DNA of 32,000 bases, from NCBI RefSeq assembly GCF_000009045.1, contig NC_000964.3:690001-722000 (forward strand), in the 5' to 3' direction. The stretch is from Bacillus subtilis subsp. subtilis str. 168. Lineage in GTDB: Bacteria; Bacillota; Bacilli; Bacillales; Bacillaceae. Position 1 is the stretch's first letter. Every line of letters starts with the position of its first letter. The notes below the pieces were generated by a model. It saw only the letters and a list, made by a program, of their open reading frames with translations. It was not told where the DNA came from and did not search any database. The translations under genes were made by a program, and so were the position numbers. Shown here one piece after another: positions 8,612 to 22,018 of this stretch.

Positions 8612-9100
8612 ATGCAGCCGCTAGTAGGAATCATCATGGGAAGCACTTCCGATTGGGAGACAATGAAACACGCATGCGACATACTTGACGAACTCAATGT
8701 TCCGTACGAAAAAAAGGTCGTTTCCGCTCACCGGACGCCTGATTTCATGTTTGAATATGCTGAAACTGCTAGAGAAAGAGGCATCAAGGTGATTATTGCC
8801 GGTGCCGGAGGAGCGGCGCATCTGCCAGGGATGACGGCTGCGAAAACAACACTGCCAGTCATTGGAGTTCCGGTTCAGTCCAAGGCGCTGAACGGAATGG
8901 ATTCACTTCTTTCCATCGTCCAAATGCCTGGAGGCGTGCCTGTTGCGACAACATCCATCGGCAAAGCGGGTGCTGTGAACGCAGGCCTGTTAGCGGCGCA
9001 AATTTTGTCAGCATTTGACGAAGACCTTGCCCGTAAGCTGGATGAGAGAAGAGAAAATACAAAACAGACAGTGTTAGAAAGCAGTGATCAGCTTGTCTAA
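8612..9100 (+). CDS. purE: N5-carboxyaminoimidazole ribonucleotide mutase
   Basis: 162 aa; [38 protein letters not shown]; SD GAAGGTGGGG. Confidence 0.98.
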   Translation: MQPLVGIIMGSTSDWETMKHACDILDELNVPYEKKVVSAHRTPDFMFEYAETARERGIKVIIAGAGGAAHLPGMTAAKTTLPVIGVPVQSKALNGMDSLLSIVQMPGGVPVATTSIGKAGAVNAGLLAAQILSAFDEDLARKLDERRENTKQTVLESSDQLV

Positions 9101-10235
9101 ACAAATCATCTATCCGGGAGCTGTAATCGGCATTATCGGCGGCGGCCAGCTTGGGAAAATGATGGCTGTGTCCGCCAAACAAATGGGGTATAAAGTCGCG
9201 GTCGTTGATCCGGTGAAAGATTCGCCGTGCGGGCAGGTTGCGGATGTCGAAATTACCGCTCATTATAATGACCGTGAAGCGATTCGAAAATTGGCTGAAA
9301 TCAGCGATATCATCACATATGAGTTTGAAAACATCGACTATGATGCGCTGCATTGGCTAAAAGATCATGCGTATCTCCCGCAAGGAAGTGAGCTGCTGCT
9401 TATTACCCAAAACCGTGAAACAGAGAAAAAAGCAATTCAATCCGCGGGCTGTGAAGTCGCACCGTACAGCATCGTCAAAACAAAGAATGAATTGAAACAG
9501 GCAGTACAGGAGCTCAGGCTTCCGGCAGTGCTGAAAACATGCCGCGGCGGGTACGACGGCAAAGGCCAATTTGTGATAAAAGAAGAGGCGCAAATGGAGC
9601 AGGCAGCCGCTCTGTTAGAACACGGAACTTGCATTCTTGAAAGCTGGGTTTCTTTTAAAATGGAACTGTCGGTGATCGTCGTTAGATCGGTAAACGGTGA
9701 AATTTCAACATTTCCGACAGCTGAAAACATTCACCACAACAATATTCTTTTCCAAAGCATCGTGCCCGCACGGGTAGAGAAAGGGATTCAGCAGAAGGCT
9801 GCTGATCTCGCAGTTAAGCTTGCAGATGAGCTTAACCTTGTCGGACCGCTTGCTGTTGAGATGTTCCTGACAGAGGACGGAGAGCTTTTGGTCAATGAAC
9901 TGGCGCCAAGACCGCACAATTCAGGGCATTATACGCTGGACCTTTGCGAGACGAGCCAGTTTGAGCAGCATATCAGAGCGGTATGCGGGCTTCCGCTTGG
10001 GAAGACAGATTTGCTGAAGCCGGGCATGATGGTGAATCTTCTCGGCGATGAAGTGAAGCTTGTTGAGGAAGACCCGGAGCTTTTAAAAGAGGCAAAGCTA
10101 TATATATACGGAAAACATGAAATCAAAAAAGGCCGCAAAATGGGGCATATTACATTTATGAAGCAGCCTGAAGACGAATGGATTCAGGAGATCACAAATA
10201 AATGGATGAATAGAGACGGAGGACAAGCAGAATGA
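9093..10235 (+). CDS. purK: 5-(carboxyamino)imidazole ribonucleotide synthase
   Basis: ATP-grasp protein, [28 protein letters not shown]; 380 aa from TTG 9093 (MSKQIIYPG), overlapping purE by 8 nt. Confidence 0.96.
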   Translation: MSKQIIYPGAVIGIIGGGQLGKMMAVSAKQMGYKVAVVDPVKDSPCGQVADVEITAHYNDREAIRKLAEISDIITYEFENIDYDALHWLKDHAYLPQGSELLLITQNRETEKKAIQSAGCEVAPYSIVKTKNELKQAVQELRLPAVLKTCRGGYDGKGQFVIKEEAQMEQAAALLEHGTCILESWVSFKMELSVIVVRSVNGEISTFPTAENIHHNNILFQSIVPARVEKGIQQKAADLAVKLADELNLVGPLAVEMFLTEDGELLVNELAPRPHNSGHYTLDLCETSQFEQHIRAVCGLPLGKTDLLKPGMMVNLLGDEVKLVEEDPELLKEAKLYIYGKHEIKKGRKMGHITFMKQPEDEWIQEITNKWMNRDGGQAE

Positions 10236-11527
10236 TCGAACGTTATTCAAGACCTGAAATGTCCGCGATTTGGACGGATGAAAACAGATTTCAAGCATGG
10301 TTAGAGGTTGAAATTCTTGCCTGTGAAGCGTGGGCGGAGCTTGGCGTCATTCCGAAAGAAGATGTAAAGGTTATGCGCGAAAACGCGTCATTTGACATCA
10401 ACCGCATTTTAGAAATCGAAAAGGACACGCGCCATGACGTTGTCGCTTTTACGCGCGCTGTATCCGAATCACTGGGCGAAGAAAGAAAATGGGTGCATTA
10501 CGGCTTAACGTCAACTGACGTTGTTGATACGGCTCTTTCCTACTTATTAAAACAGGCAAACGATATTTTGCTCAAGGATCTTGAGAGATTTGTTGACATT
10601 ATAAAAGAAAAAGCGAAAGAACATAAATACACAGTCATGATGGGGCGCACACACGGCGTACACGCTGAGCCTACAACATTCGGCTTAAAACTTGCGCTTT
10701 GGCATGAAGAAATGAAACGTAATCTTGAGCGCTTCAAACAAGCGAAAGCAGGCATCGAGGTTGGAAAGATTTCCGGTGCTGTCGGCACATATGCGAACAT
10801 TGATCCATTTGTTGAACAATATGTCTGTGAGAAGCTCGGATTGAAAGCAGCACCGATTTCCACTCAAACCCTTCAGCGTGACCGCCATGCTGACTATATG
10901 GCAACACTTGCTTTGATCGCGACAAGCATCGAGAAATTCGCTGTGGAAATCCGCGGACTGCAAAAGAGTGAAACACGTGAAGTAGAGGAATTTTTCGCGA
11001 AAGGGCAAAAGGGTTCATCTGCAATGCCGCATAAACGAAATCCGATTGGCTCTGAAAACATGACAGGCATGGCGCGCGTGATCCGCGGCTACATGATGAC
11101 AGCTTACGAAAATGTTCCATTATGGCATGAGCGCGATATTTCTCATTCTTCAGCAGAACGAATTATTCTTCCGGATGCGACAATTGCGCTGAACTACATG
11201 CTGAACCGCTTCTCCAACATCGTGAAGAACTTAACGGTCTTCCCGGAAAACATGAAGCGCAACATGGACCGCACTCTCGGCCTTATCTATTCTCAGCGTG
11301 TGCTCCTTGCTTTGATTGACACAGGCCTGACTCGTGAAGAAGCCTATGATACAGTTCAGCCGAAAGCAATGGAAGCGTGGGAAAAACAAGTGCCGTTCCG
11401 CGAGCTTGTGGAAGCGGAAGAGAAAATCACGTCACGTCTTTCTCCAGAAAAAATTGCTGACTGCTTTGATTACAATTACCATCTGAAAAATGTTGATCTG
11501 ATCTTTGAACGTTTAGGTTTAGCATAG
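10232..11527 (+). CDS. purB: Adenylosuccinate lyase
   Basis: 431 aa; fumarase/lyase signature [15 protein letters not shown]; ATGA overlap with purK. Confidence 0.98.
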   Translation: MIERYSRPEMSAIWTDENRFQAWLEVEILACEAWAELGVIPKEDVKVMRENASFDINRILEIEKDTRHDVVAFTRAVSESLGEERKWVHYGLTSTDVVDTALSYLLKQANDILLKDLERFVDIIKEKAKEHKYTVMMGRTHGVHAEPTTFGLKLALWHEEMKRNLERFKQAKAGIEVGKISGAVGTYANIDPFVEQYVCEKLGLKAAPISTQTLQRDRHADYMATLALIATSIEKFAVEIRGLQKSETREVEEFFAKGQKGSSAMPHKRNPIGSENMTGMARVIRGYMMTAYENVPLWHERDISHSSAERIILPDATIALNYMLNRFSNIVKNLTVFPENMKRNMDRTLGLIYSQRVLLALIDTGLTREEAYDTVQPKAMEAWEKQVPFRELVEAEEKITSRLSPEKIADCFDYNYHLKNVDLIFERLGLA

Positions 11528-11600
11528 AAGAAGCTTTTAGCGGCTTCTTCTAAGCCGCCGCAGTTTGAAAATTCCCAACATTCGGGTTAGGAGGCCTTCC

Positions 11601-12326
11601 GTGAATATTGTGAAGAATGAACTTTTATACGAAGGAAAAGCAAAAAAGATCTACAAAACCGATGACGAAAACACGCTGTATGTCGTGTATAAAGACTCCG
11701 CCACTGCCTTTAACGGCGAGAAAAAAGCAGAAATCAGCGGAAAAGGGCGCTTAAATAATGAAATTTCAAGCCTCATTTTCAAACACCTTCATGCTAAGGG
11801 CATTAACAATCATTTTATCGAGCGCATTTCGGAAACGGAGCAGCTCATTAAAAAGGTAACGATTGTGCCGCTTGAAGTCGTGGTAAGAAATGTTGTGGCA
11901 GGAAGCATGTCCAAACGTCTCGGCATTCCAGAAGGCACGGAGCTTGAGCAGCCGATTATCGAGTTTTACTACAAGGATGACGCGCTGGGTGATCCGCTCA
12001 TCACAGAAGATCATATTTGGCTTTTGAAGGCGGCGACTCCTGAGCAGGTAGAAACCATTAAGTCCATTACAACAATAGTAAATGAAGAGCTTCAAAGCAT
12101 CTTCGACGATTGTCATGTCAGATTAATAGATTTCAAGCTTGAATTCGGTTTAGATGCAGAAGGGCAAGTGCTTTTGGCGGATGAAATATCTCCTGACACA
12201 TGCCGCTTGTGGGATAAAGAAACGAACGAAAAGCTGGACAAAGATTTATTCAGACGCAATCTGGGAAGCTTAACCGACGCATACGAAGAGATTTTCAATA
12301 GACTGGGAGGCATTCATCATGTATAA
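11601..12326 (+). CDS. purC: Phosphoribosylaminoimidazole-succinocarboxamide (SAICAR) synthase
   Basis: 241 aa from GTG 11601 (MNIVKNELLYEGKAKKIYKTDDENTLYVVYKDSATAFNG), AGGAGG SD. Confidence 0.97.
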   Translation: MNIVKNELLYEGKAKKIYKTDDENTLYVVYKDSATAFNGEKKAEISGKGRLNNEISSLIFKHLHAKGINNHFIERISETEQLIKKVTIVPLEVVVRNVVAGSMSKRLGIPEGTELEQPIIEFYYKDDALGDPLITEDHIWLLKAATPEQVETIKSITTIVNEELQSIFDDCHVRLIDFKLEFGLDAEGQVLLADEISPDTCRLWDKETNEKLDKDLFRRNLGSLTDAYEEIFNRLGGIHHV

Positions 12327-12573
12327 AGTAAAAGTTTATGTCAGCTTAAAAGAAAGTGTACTAGATCCACAAGGGAGCGCTGTCCAGCATGCCTTGCACA
12401 GTATGACTTACAACGAAGTTCAAGATGTGCGCATCGGGAAATACATGGAGCTTACCATTGAAAAATCTGACCGTGATCTTGACGTGCTAGTGAAAGAAAT
12501 GTGCGAAAAACTTCTTGCGAACACAGTGATTGAAGATTATAGATATGAGGTTGAGGAGGTAGTCGCACAGTGA
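12319..12573 (+). CDS. purS: FGAM synthase subunit PurS
   Basis: 84 aa [26 protein letters not shown]; overlaps purC by 8 nt. Confidence 0.97.
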   Translation: MYKVKVYVSLKESVLDPQGSAVQHALHSMTYNEVQDVRIGKYMELTIEKSDRDLDVLVKEMCEKLLANTVIEDYRYEVEEVVAQ

Positions 12574-13253
12574 AATTTGCGGTGATTGTGTTACCCGGCT
12601 CCAACTGTGATATCGATATGTATCATGCTGTAAAGGATGAGCTCGGCCATGAAGTGGAATACGTCTGGCATGAGGAAACAAGCCTTGACGGCTTCGACGG
12701 CGTGTTAATTCCGGGAGGATTTTCTTACGGCGATTACTTAAGATGCGGCGCCATCGCCCGATTTGCGAATATTATGCCAGCTGTCAAACAAGCAGCGGCT
12801 GAAGGAAAACCTGTTCTTGGCGTCTGTAACGGATTCCAGATTTTACAGGAGCTTGGGCTGCTGCCAGGCGCAATGAGACGCAACAAAGATCTGAAGTTCA
12901 TTTGCCGTCCGGTTGAATTGATTGTTCAGAACGACGAAACCTTATTCACAGCTTCCTACGAAAAGGGAGAATCGATTACAATCCCGGTTGCCCATGGTGA
13001 AGGGAATTTCTACTGTGATGACGAGACGCTTGCTACATTAAAGGAAAACAATCAAATTGCTTTCACATACGGCTCTAATATTAATGGAAGTGTCAGCGAC
13101 ATTGCCGGTGTCGTGAATGAGAAAGGCAATGTATTAGGCATGATGCCTCACCCTGAGCGCGCGGTCGATGAACTGCTTGGAAGCGCCGACGGTCTTAAAT
13201 TGTTCCAGTCTATCGTGAAAAATTGGAGGGAAACTCATGTCACTACTGCTTGA
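12570..13253 (+). CDS. purQ: FGAM synthase glutamine amidotransferase subunit PurQ
   Basis: 227 aa, GTG start; [27 protein letters not shown]. Confidence 0.98.
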   Translation: MKFAVIVLPGSNCDIDMYHAVKDELGHEVEYVWHEETSLDGFDGVLIPGGFSYGDYLRCGAIARFANIMPAVKQAAAEGKPVLGVCNGFQILQELGLLPGAMRRNKDLKFICRPVELIVQNDETLFTASYEKGESITIPVAHGEGNFYCDDETLATLKENNQIAFTYGSNINGSVSDIAGVVNEKGNVLGMMPHPERAVDELLGSADGLKLFQSIVKNWRETHVTTA

Positions 13254-15465
13254 ACCAAGTAAAGAACAAATAAAAGAAGAGAAACTGTATCAGCAAATGG
13301 GTGTCAGTGATGATGAGTTTGCATTGATAGAATCCATTCTTGGAAGATTGCCGAACTACACAGAAATCGGAATTTTTTCTGTCATGTGGTCTGAGCATTG
13401 CAGCTATAAAAACTCAAAGCCGATTCTGCGTAAATTCCCGACAAGCGGCGAGCGTGTGCTGCAGGGGCCGGGGGAAGGCGCCGGAATCGTTGATATCGGT
13501 GATAACCAAGCGGTTGTGTTCAAAATTGAATCACATAACCACCCATCAGCTCTCGAGCCTTACCAAGGCGCTGCGACTGGCGTAGGCGGAATTATCCGTG
13601 ATGTATTCTCAATGGGTGCACGCCCAATCGCTGTATTGAACTCTCTTCGATTTGGTGAACTGACTTCACCCCGCGTGAAGTACTTGTTTGAAGAAGTAGT
13701 AGCGGGTATCGCCGGATACGGCAACTGTATCGGCATCCCGACAGTCGGCGGAGAAGTGCAGTTTGACAGCAGCTATGAAGGAAATCCGCTCGTCAACGCA
13801 ATGTGCGTCGGTTTAATCAACCATGAAGACATCAAAAAAGGCCAGGCAAAGGGTGTCGGCAACACAGTAATGTACGTAGGAGCGAAAACAGGGCGTGACG
13901 GCATCCACGGCGCTACGTTTGCTTCTGAAGAAATGTCAGACTCGTCTGAAGAAAAGCGTTCTGCTGTCCAAGTCGGCGATCCGTTTATGGAGAAGCTTTT
14001 GCTTGAAGCATGTCTGGAAGTCATCCAATGCGACGCCTTAGTCGGCATTCAGGATATGGGAGCTGCCGGTTTAACAAGCTCAAGTGCAGAAATGGCAAGT
14101 AAAGCCGGTTCTGGCATTGAAATGAATCTTGACCTGATTCCTCAGCGCGAAACAGGCATGACCGCGTATGAAATGATGCTTTCTGAATCACAAGAACGGA
14201 TGCTTTTGGTTATTGAGCGCGGACGTGAGCAGGAAATCATCGATATTTTTGACAAGTATGATCTTGAAGCGGTTTCTGTCGGACATGTGACAGATGATAA
14301 AATGCTTCGCCTGACACATAAAGGAGAGGTTGTGTGCGAGCTGCCTGTTGATGCCTTGGCAGAAGAAGCACCGGTTTACCATAAGCCTTCTCAAGAGCCT
14401 GCTTACTATCGCGAGTTTTTGGAAACAGACGTTCCGGCTCCGCAAATTGAAGATGCGAATGAAATGCTGAAGGCCCTTCTTCAGCAGCCGACGATTGCGA
14501 GTAAAGAGTGGGTTTATGATCAGTATGACTACATGGTGCGCACGAATACAGTTGTCGCTCCTGGGTCTGATGCTGGTGTTCTCAGAATCCGCGGAACGAA
14601 AAAGGCGCTGGCGATGACGACAGACTGTAACGCGCGTTATCTCTATCTTGATCCTGAAGTCGGAGGGAAAATTGCTGTCGCTGAAGCAGCGCGCAACATC
14701 ATTTGCTCAGGCGCAGAACCGCTTGCGGTGACAGATAACCTTAACTTCGGAAACCCTGAGAAGCCGGAAATCTTCTGGCAGATCGAAAAAGCGGCAGACG
14801 GCATAAGCGAAGCGTGCAATGTTCTCAGCACTCCGGTTATCGGCGGTAACGTATCGCTTTATAACGAATCAAACGGCACGGCGATCTATCCGACACCAGT
14901 TATCGGCATGGTCGGCCTAATTGAAGATACAGCGCACATTACAACACAGCATTTCAAACAAGCAGGAGATCTCGTATACGTGATCGGCGAAACAAAACCA
15001 GAGTTTGCCGGAAGCGAGCTGCAAAAAATGACAGAAGGCCGTATTTACGGCAAAGCGCCGCAAATCGATCTTGATGTAGAGCTGTCTCGTCAAAAAGCAC
15101 TGCTTGACGCGATTAAAAAAGGCTTCGTTCAATCTGCGCATGATGTGTCTGAAGGCGGCTTAGGCGTAGCGATTGCGGAAAGTGTCATGACGACGGAAAA
15201 CCTTGGCGCTAATGTGACTGTAGAAGGGGAAGCGGCGTTATTATTCTCTGAATCTCAATCTCGCTTCGTCGTTTCAGTGAAAAAAGAACATCAAGCTGCG
15301 TTTGAAGCAACTGTCAAAGATGCAGTTCATATTGGTGAGGTAACAGCTGACGGAATTCTGGCGATTCAAAACCAAGACGGACAACAAATGATTCATGCGC
15401 AAACGAAAGAGCTTGAACGCGTATGGAAAGGAGCTATCCCATGCTTGCTGAAATCAAAGGCTTAA
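13237..15465 (+). CDS. purL: FGAM synthase large subunit PurL
   Basis: 742 aa; [47 protein letters not shown]; overlaps purQ by 17 nt. Confidence 0.98.
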   Translation: MSLLLEPSKEQIKEEKLYQQMGVSDDEFALIESILGRLPNYTEIGIFSVMWSEHCSYKNSKPILRKFPTSGERVLQGPGEGAGIVDIGDNQAVVFKIESHNHPSALEPYQGAATGVGGIIRDVFSMGARPIAVLNSLRFGELTSPRVKYLFEEVVAGIAGYGNCIGIPTVGGEVQFDSSYEGNPLVNAMCVGLINHEDIKKGQAKGVGNTVMYVGAKTGRDGIHGATFASEEMSDSSEEKRSAVQVGDPFMEKLLLEACLEVIQCDALVGIQDMGAAGLTSSSAEMASKAGSGIEMNLDLIPQRETGMTAYEMMLSESQERMLLVIERGREQEIIDIFDKYDLEAVSVGHVTDDKMLRLTHKGEVVCELPVDALAEEAPVYHKPSQEPAYYREFLETDVPAPQIEDANEMLKALLQQPTIASKEWVYDQYDYMVRTNTVVAPGSDAGVLRIRGTKKALAMTTDCNARYLYLDPEVGGKIAVAEAARNIICSGAEPLAVTDNLNFGNPEKPEIFWQIEKAADGISEACNVLSTPVIGGNVSLYNESNGTAIYPTPVIGMVGLIEDTAHITTQHFKQAGDLVYVIGETKPEFAGSELQKMTEGRIYGKAPQIDLDVELSRQKALLDAIKKGFVQSAHDVSEGGLGVAIAESVMTTENLGANVTVEGEAALLFSESQSRFVVSVKKEHQAAFEATVKDAVHIGEVTADGILAIQNQDGQQMIHAQTKELERVWKGAIPCLLKSKA

Positions 15466-16871
15466 ATGAAGAATGCGGCGTTTTTGGGATTTGGGGACAT
15501 GAAGAAGCCCCGCAAATCACGTATTACGGTCTCCACAGCCTTCAGCACCGAGGACAGGAGGGTGCTGGCATCGTAGCGACTGACGGTGAAAAGCTGACGG
15601 CTCACAAAGGCCAAGGTCTGATCACTGAAGTATTTCAAAACGGCGAACTCAGCAAAGTAAAGGGAAAAGGCGCTATCGGGCACGTTCGGTACGCAACGGC
15701 TGGAGGCGGCGGATACGAAAATGTTCAGCCGCTCCTCTTCCGTTCCCAAAACAACGGCAGCCTGGCGCTTGCTCATAACGGAAATCTTGTCAACGCCACT
15801 CAGCTGAAGCAGCAGCTCGAAAATCAAGGGAGCATCTTTCAAACCTCTTCGGATACAGAGGTTTTGGCTCACCTGATCAAAAGAAGCGGACACTTCACGC
15901 TGAAGGATCAAATTAAAAACTCGCTTTCTATGCTGAAAGGCGCCTACGCGTTCCTGATCATGACCGAAACAGAAATGATTGTCGCACTTGATCCAAACGG
16001 GCTGAGACCGCTATCCATCGGCATGATGGGCGACGCTTATGTGGTCGCATCAGAAACATGCGCATTTGACGTCGTCGGCGCAACGTACCTTCGCGAGGTA
16101 GAGCCGGGAGAAATGCTGATCATTAATGATGAAGGCATGAAATCAGAGCGTTTTTCCATGAATATCAATCGTTCCATTTGCAGCATGGAGTACATTTATT
16201 TCTCCAGACCAGACAGCAATATTGACGGTATTAATGTGCACAGTGCCCGTAAAAACCTTGGGAAAATGCTGGCTCAGGAATCCGCAGTTGAAGCTGACGT
16301 CGTAACCGGGGTTCCGGATTCCAGTATTTCAGCGGCGATCGGCTATGCAGAGGCAACAGGCATTCCGTATGAGCTTGGCTTAATCAAAAACCGTTATGTT
16401 GGCAGAACGTTTATTCAGCCGTCCCAGGCTCTGCGTGAGCAAGGCGTCAGAATGAAGCTGTCTGCGGTGCGCGGGGTTGTAGAAGGCAAACGCGTCGTGA
16501 TGGTGGATGACTCTATCGTGCGAGGAACAACTAGCCGCCGGATTGTCACGATGCTAAGAGAAGCGGGTGCGACAGAGGTGCATGTGAAAATCAGTTCACC
16601 GCCGATCGCTCATCCGTGCTTTTACGGCATTGACACTTCCACACATGAAGAACTGATCGCGTCTTCGCATTCTGTTGAAGAAATCCGTCAGGAAATCGGA
16701 GCCGATACCCTCTCATTTTTGAGTGTGGAAGGGCTGCTGAAAGGCATCGGCAGAAAATACGATGACTCGAATTGCGGACAGTGTCTCGCTTGCTTTACAG
16801 GAAAATATCCGACTGAAATTTACCAGGATACAGTGCTTCCTCACGTAAAAGAAGCAGTATTAACCAAATAA
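15441..16871 (+). CDS. purF: Amidophosphoribosyltransferase
   Basis: 476 aa from ATG 15441; propeptide before catalytic Cys ([17 protein letters not shown]); PRPP motif [17 protein letters not shown]; GGAAAGGAG SD inside purL. Confidence 0.98.
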   Translation: MLAEIKGLNEECGVFGIWGHEEAPQITYYGLHSLQHRGQEGAGIVATDGEKLTAHKGQGLITEVFQNGELSKVKGKGAIGHVRYATAGGGGYENVQPLLFRSQNNGSLALAHNGNLVNATQLKQQLENQGSIFQTSSDTEVLAHLIKRSGHFTLKDQIKNSLSMLKGAYAFLIMTETEMIVALDPNGLRPLSIGMMGDAYVVASETCAFDVVGATYLREVEPGEMLIINDEGMKSERFSMNINRSICSMEYIYFSRPDSNIDGINVHSARKNLGKMLAQESAVEADVVTGVPDSSISAAIGYAEATGIPYELGLIKNRYVGRTFIQPSQALREQGVRMKLSAVRGVVEGKRVVMVDDSIVRGTTSRRIVTMLREAGATEVHVKISSPPIAHPCFYGIDTSTHEELIASSHSVEEIRQEIGADTLSFLSVEGLLKGIGRKYDDSNCGQCLACFTGKYPTEIYQDTVLPHVKEAVLTK

Positions 16872-16972
16872 AACTTGAAAAATGACATAAAGGCAGCGCA
16901 GTTCGGCTGCCTTTCTCTTTCTGCCCTCGTTCGGGGAGATATTTTGAAAAGCGCCTTAAAGGAGTGAATAGG

Positions 16973-18013
16973 ATGTCTGAAGCATATAAAAACGCAGGAG
17001 TTGACATCGAAGCCGGATATGAAGCTGTAAAACGAATGAAAAAACACGTGGAGCGCACGAAACGGCTTGGCGTTATGGGCAGCCTTGGCGGTTTTGGCGG
17101 CATGTTTGACCTGTCTGAGCTTTCTTATCAAAAACCAGTTCTCATTTCGGGAACGGACGGTGTCGGCACAAAATTAAAGCTCGCTTTTTCCATGGATAAG
17201 CATGACACGATTGGCGTGGATGCTGTTGCAATGTGTGTCAATGACGTGCTGGCACAAGGTGCAGAGCCGCTGTTTTTCCTCGATTATTTAGCGGTTGGCA
17301 AAGCGGACCCAGTGAAAATTGAACAGATTGTACAAGGTGTTGCGGAAGGCTGTGAGCAGTCAGGTTCAGCCTTAGTCGGCGGTGAAACGGCTGAAATGCC
17401 GGGGCTCTATACAGCTGATGAATACGATATTGCCGGTTTCTCAGTCGGAGTGGCAGAAAAGGACGAAATCGTGACTGGAGAAAAAATTGAAGAGGGCCAT
17501 CTGTTGATCGGCCTCAGCTCCAGCGGCCTTCACAGCAACGGCTTTTCCCTTGTCAGAAAAGTGCTTCTGGATGATGCGGAGCTGGACCTCGATACAACAT
17601 ATGAGCCGTTTGAACGCCCGCTTGGCGAGGAATTGCTTGAACCGACAAGGATTTACGTGAAGCCTGTGCTTGCCGCGGTCAAAAGCGGAAAAATCGACGG
17701 CATGGCGCACGTGACAGGCGGAGGATTTATTGAAAATATTCCGCGTATGCTTCCGGAAGGCTTAAGTGCGGAAATTGATCATGGCTCATGGCCGATCCCG
17801 CCGATTTTTTCTTTCTTGCAAGAGTACGGCAAGCTAAAGGAAGAAGACATGTTCAACGTCTTTAATATGGGTATCGGTTTTGTTTTGGCAGTCAAAGAAG
17901 AGCATCTGACAGATGTGATCGGAACGCTTGAAAGCCATGGCGAAAAAGCCTATTTAATCGGGCGTGTGAAAAAAGGTGAAGGCGTCACATTCGGCGGTGC
18001 GGCACTTTCATGA
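16973..18013 (+). CDS. purM: AIR synthase
   Basis: 346 aa from ATG 16973; [22 protein letters not shown]. Confidence 0.98.
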   Translation: MSEAYKNAGVDIEAGYEAVKRMKKHVERTKRLGVMGSLGGFGGMFDLSELSYQKPVLISGTDGVGTKLKLAFSMDKHDTIGVDAVAMCVNDVLAQGAEPLFFLDYLAVGKADPVKIEQIVQGVAEGCEQSGSALVGGETAEMPGLYTADEYDIAGFSVGVAEKDEIVTGEKIEEGHLLIGLSSSGLHSNGFSLVRKVLLDDAELDLDTTYEPFERPLGEELLEPTRIYVKPVLAAVKSGKIDGMAHVTGGGFIENIPRMLPEGLSAEIDHGSWPIPPIFSFLQEYGKLKEEDMFNVFNMGIGFVLAVKEEHLTDVIGTLESHGEKAYLIGRVKKGEGVTFGGAALS

Positions 18014-18597
18014 AAAAGTTTGCGGTATTTGCATCAGGAAACGGTTCAAACTTCGAAGCCATCGTCACGCGTTTGAAGGAGGAGAACTGGGATGCGTCAG
18101 CAGCGCTCCTCGTTTGCGACAAACCGCAGGCGAAAGTCATCGAACGGGCGGAAGCATTCCACATTCCATCCTTCGCATTTGAGCCGAAGTCTTATGAAAA
18201 CAAGGCTGCATTTGAACAAGCCATCATTGAACAGCTTCGTCTTCACGAGGTTGAATTGATTGCTCTTGCCGGCTATATGAGGCTGATCGGTGATACGCTC
18301 CTTCAAGCATATGGGGGAAAAATCATTAACATTCACCCATCGCTTCTTCCGGCGTTTCCTGGAATCGACGCAGTCGGACAGGCGTTCCGGGCGGGTGTGA
18401 AGGTGGCCGGAATCACCGTGCATTATGTCGATGAAGGAATGGATACAGGTCCGATCATCGCTCAAAAGGCAATCGAAATTGATGAACATGATACATTGGA
18501 AACAATCGAACAGCGAATTCACAAGCTTGAGCATAAATGGTATCCGAGTGTGATTAAACAGCTATTAGGATTAAATAACAGAGGTGAAAAGGCATGA
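18010..18597 (+). CDS. purN: Phosphoribosylglycinamide formyltransferase
   Basis: 195 aa; [26 protein letters not shown]; ATGA overlap with purM. Confidence 0.98.
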   Translation: MKKFAVFASGNGSNFEAIVTRLKEENWDASAALLVCDKPQAKVIERAEAFHIPSFAFEPKSYENKAAFEQAIIEQLRLHEVELIALAGYMRLIGDTLLQAYGGKIINIHPSLLPAFPGIDAVGQAFRAGVKVAGITVHYVDEGMDTGPIIAQKAIEIDEHDTLETIEQRIHKLEHKWYPSVIKQLLGLNNRGEKA

Positions 18598-20132
18598 CCA
18601 TTAAACGTGCATTAATCAGTGTTTCAGATAAAACAAATCTCGTTCCTTTCGTAAAAGAACTGACAGAGCTTGGCGTTGAAGTCATCTCCACAGGCGGAAC
18701 GAAAAAGCTTCTTCAAGAAAACGGTGTGGATGTGATCGGAATTTCTGAAGTGACAGGCTTTCCTGAAATTATGGACGGCCGGTTAAAAACCCTACACCCG
18801 AATATTCACGGCGGCCTTCTGGCGGTTCGCGGCAATGAAGAGCATATGGCGCAGATCAATGAACACGGGATTCAGCCGATTGACCTCGTTGTCGTCAACC
18901 TCTATCCATTTAAAGAAACGATTTCTAAAGAAGACGTCACGTATGAAGAAGCGATCGAAAATATCGACATCGGCGGACCTGGCATGCTGCGCGCGGCATC
19001 AAAGAACCATCAGGATGTCACGGTTATCGTCGATCCGGCCGATTACAGCCCAGTGCTAAATCAAATCAAAGAAGAAGGCAGCGTATCTCTTCAGAAAAAA
19101 CGCGAGCTCGCGGCAAAAGTATTCCGTCATACTGCGGCATATGATGCACTGATCGCTGACTATCTGACAAATGTTGTCGGTGAAAAAGAACCAGAGCAAT
19201 TCACTGTGACATTTGAGAAAAAACAATCGCTTCGCTATGGAGAAAACCCGCATCAGGAAGCAACTTTCTATCAAACAGCTCTTCCTGTCAAAGGCTCCAT
19301 TGCGCAAGCAGAACAGCTTCACGGAAAAGAGCTTTCTTACAACAACATTAAAGACGCGGATGCTGCAGTTCAAATCGTTCGTGAATTCACTGAACCGGCT
19401 GCTGTTGCTGTGAAGCATATGAACCCGTGCGGCGTGGGAACAGGAAAAACGATCGCAGAAGCGTTTGACAGAGCGTTTGAAGCGGATAAAACATCTATCT
19501 TCGGCGGCATTATCGCGCTGAACCGTGAAGTGGACAAGGCAACTGCCGAAGCGCTTCACAACATTTTCTTAGAAATCATCATTGCGCCTTCATTCAGCCA
19601 AGAAGCGCTCGACGTCCTGACTGCGAAGAAAAATCTCCGTCTGCTGACGCTTGACGTATCCGCCGCTGTTCAAAAGGAAAAACAGCTGACATCCGTTCAA
19701 GGCGGGCTGCTGATTCAAGATTTAGATATGCACGGCTTCGATGATGCTGAGATTAGCATTCCGACAAAAAGAGAGCCGAACGAGCAAGAGTGGGAAGACT
19801 TGAAGCTTGCTTGGAAAGTCGTGAAGCATGTGAAATCAAATGCGATTGTTCTCGCGAAGGACAACATGACAGTCGGCGTGGGAGCAGGCCAAATGAACCG
19901 CGTCGGATCGGCAAAAATCGCAATCGAGCAAGCAGGGGAAAAAGCGAAGGGCAGCGCGCTCGGTTCGGATGCATATTTCCCAATGCCAGATACTGTCGAA
20001 GAAGCGGCAAAAGCGGGCGTTACAGCCATCATTCAGCCAGGCGGATCGATCCGAGATGAGGATTCCATCAAAAAAGCGGATGAATACGGCATTGCCATGG
20101 TATTCACCGGCATCAGACACTTCAAACATTAA
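18594..20132 (+). CDS. purH: Bifunctional AICAR transformylase/IMP cyclohydrolase
   Basis: 512 aa; [49 protein letters not shown]; overlaps purN by 4 nt. Confidence 0.98.
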   Translation: MTIKRALISVSDKTNLVPFVKELTELGVEVISTGGTKKLLQENGVDVIGISEVTGFPEIMDGRLKTLHPNIHGGLLAVRGNEEHMAQINEHGIQPIDLVVVNLYPFKETISKEDVTYEEAIENIDIGGPGMLRAASKNHQDVTVIVDPADYSPVLNQIKEEGSVSLQKKRELAAKVFRHTAAYDALIADYLTNVVGEKEPEQFTVTFEKKQSLRYGENPHQEATFYQTALPVKGSIAQAEQLHGKELSYNNIKDADAAVQIVREFTEPAAVAVKHMNPCGVGTGKTIAEAFDRAFEADKTSIFGGIIALNREVDKATAEALHNIFLEIIIAPSFSQEALDVLTAKKNLRLLTLDVSAAVQKEKQLTSVQGGLLIQDLDMHGFDDAEISIPTKREPNEQEWEDLKLAWKVVKHVKSNAIVLAKDNMTVGVGAGQMNRVGSAKIAIEQAGEKAKGSALGSDAYFPMPDTVEEAAKAGVTAIIQPGGSIRDEDSIKKADEYGIAMVFTGIRHFKH

Positions 20133-21416
<1,284 letters not shown>

Positions 21417-21422
21417 GTGAGG

Positions 21423-21453
21423 AAAACCCGCAGAATAGCTGCGGGTTTTTTGT
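21423..21453 (+). terminator. Rho-independent terminator of the pur operon
   Basis: AACCCGCAG (21425-21433)-aatag-CTGCGGGTT (21439-21447) + TTTT. Confidence 0.95.
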
Positions 21454-21455
21454 TA

Positions 21456-21875
21456 TCAAAAAGCGGGATGGCAGCTAGAAGAAGAAAGCACAACGAGCGT
21501 GGTTGGTTTTCCATGGGCCATCGAGGTGTCAATAAAATCCTCAAGCGTATGTACCGATTCAGTCACGACCTTTGTCACATAGCTGTACATCCCCGTGATG
21601 CGGTGGTTTTCTGCTACATCAGGATGCGATGTTGCAAAGGCGGCGTAGTGCTTGCAGCTTTTCGGCTCCATGAGAATAAAAGCGGTGACATGCTTGTTTA
21701 GTTTTTCGTAACAGATATTCGCGCTGTAGCCGGTAATCACTCCTTTGTCTTCCAGCTTCCTGACACGCTCCGCCGCGCTTGGCGAGCTGAGTCCGACAAG
21801 CTTTCCCAGCTCAACCATCGTTAATCTGCCGTTTCGCTGCAAATGCGAGAGAATCTGAAGGTCTGTATCGTCCAT
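21456..21875 (-). CDS. yezC: Lrp/AsnC-family transcriptional regulator
   Basis: 139 aa; MDDTDLQILSHLQRNGRLTMVELGKLVGLSSPSAAERVRKLEDKGVITGYSA is a typical Lrp/AsnC HTH. Confidence 0.92.
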   Translation of the reverse strand: MDDTDLQILSHLQRNGRLTMVELGKLVGLSSPSAAERVRKLEDKGVITGYSANICYEKLNKHVTAFILMEPKSCKHYAAFATSHPDVAENHRITGMYSYVTKVVTESVHTLEDFIDTSMAHGKPTTLVVLSSSSCHPAF

Positions 21876-22018
21876 TTGTCTGGCTCCTTTACATATTTAG
21901 GCGAATGAATGAAAATTCCTTTGATCGTAAGGTAATGCTGTTGATTTAACTTCATTGTAGCATATGGATGCCGTCTTATTTTTTCTATAATAAAGCCATC
22001 AATCAGAGAGGGGGCATC

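Noticed and set aside
9084-9092. Upstream GTG start for purK (383 aa)
   Set aside because: TTG at 9093 gives the recalled 380-aa length starting MSKQIIYPG; direct N-terminal evidence would be needed to settle this.
10540-11120. Minus-strand ORFs of 107, 107 and 128 aa opposite purB
   Set aside because: Antisense to a conserved enzyme gene with no SD or domain evidence.
16795-17131. Minus-strand ORFs of 102 and 96 aa over the purF-purM junction
   Set aside because: They cover coding sequence on both sides and the hairpin; no plausible product.
18097-20129. Several long minus-strand ORFs opposite purN and purH (145, 167, 105, 97 aa)
   Set aside because: Overlap highly conserved coding sequence; a long antisense ORF is common opposite GC-biased codon usage and none has convincing protein features.
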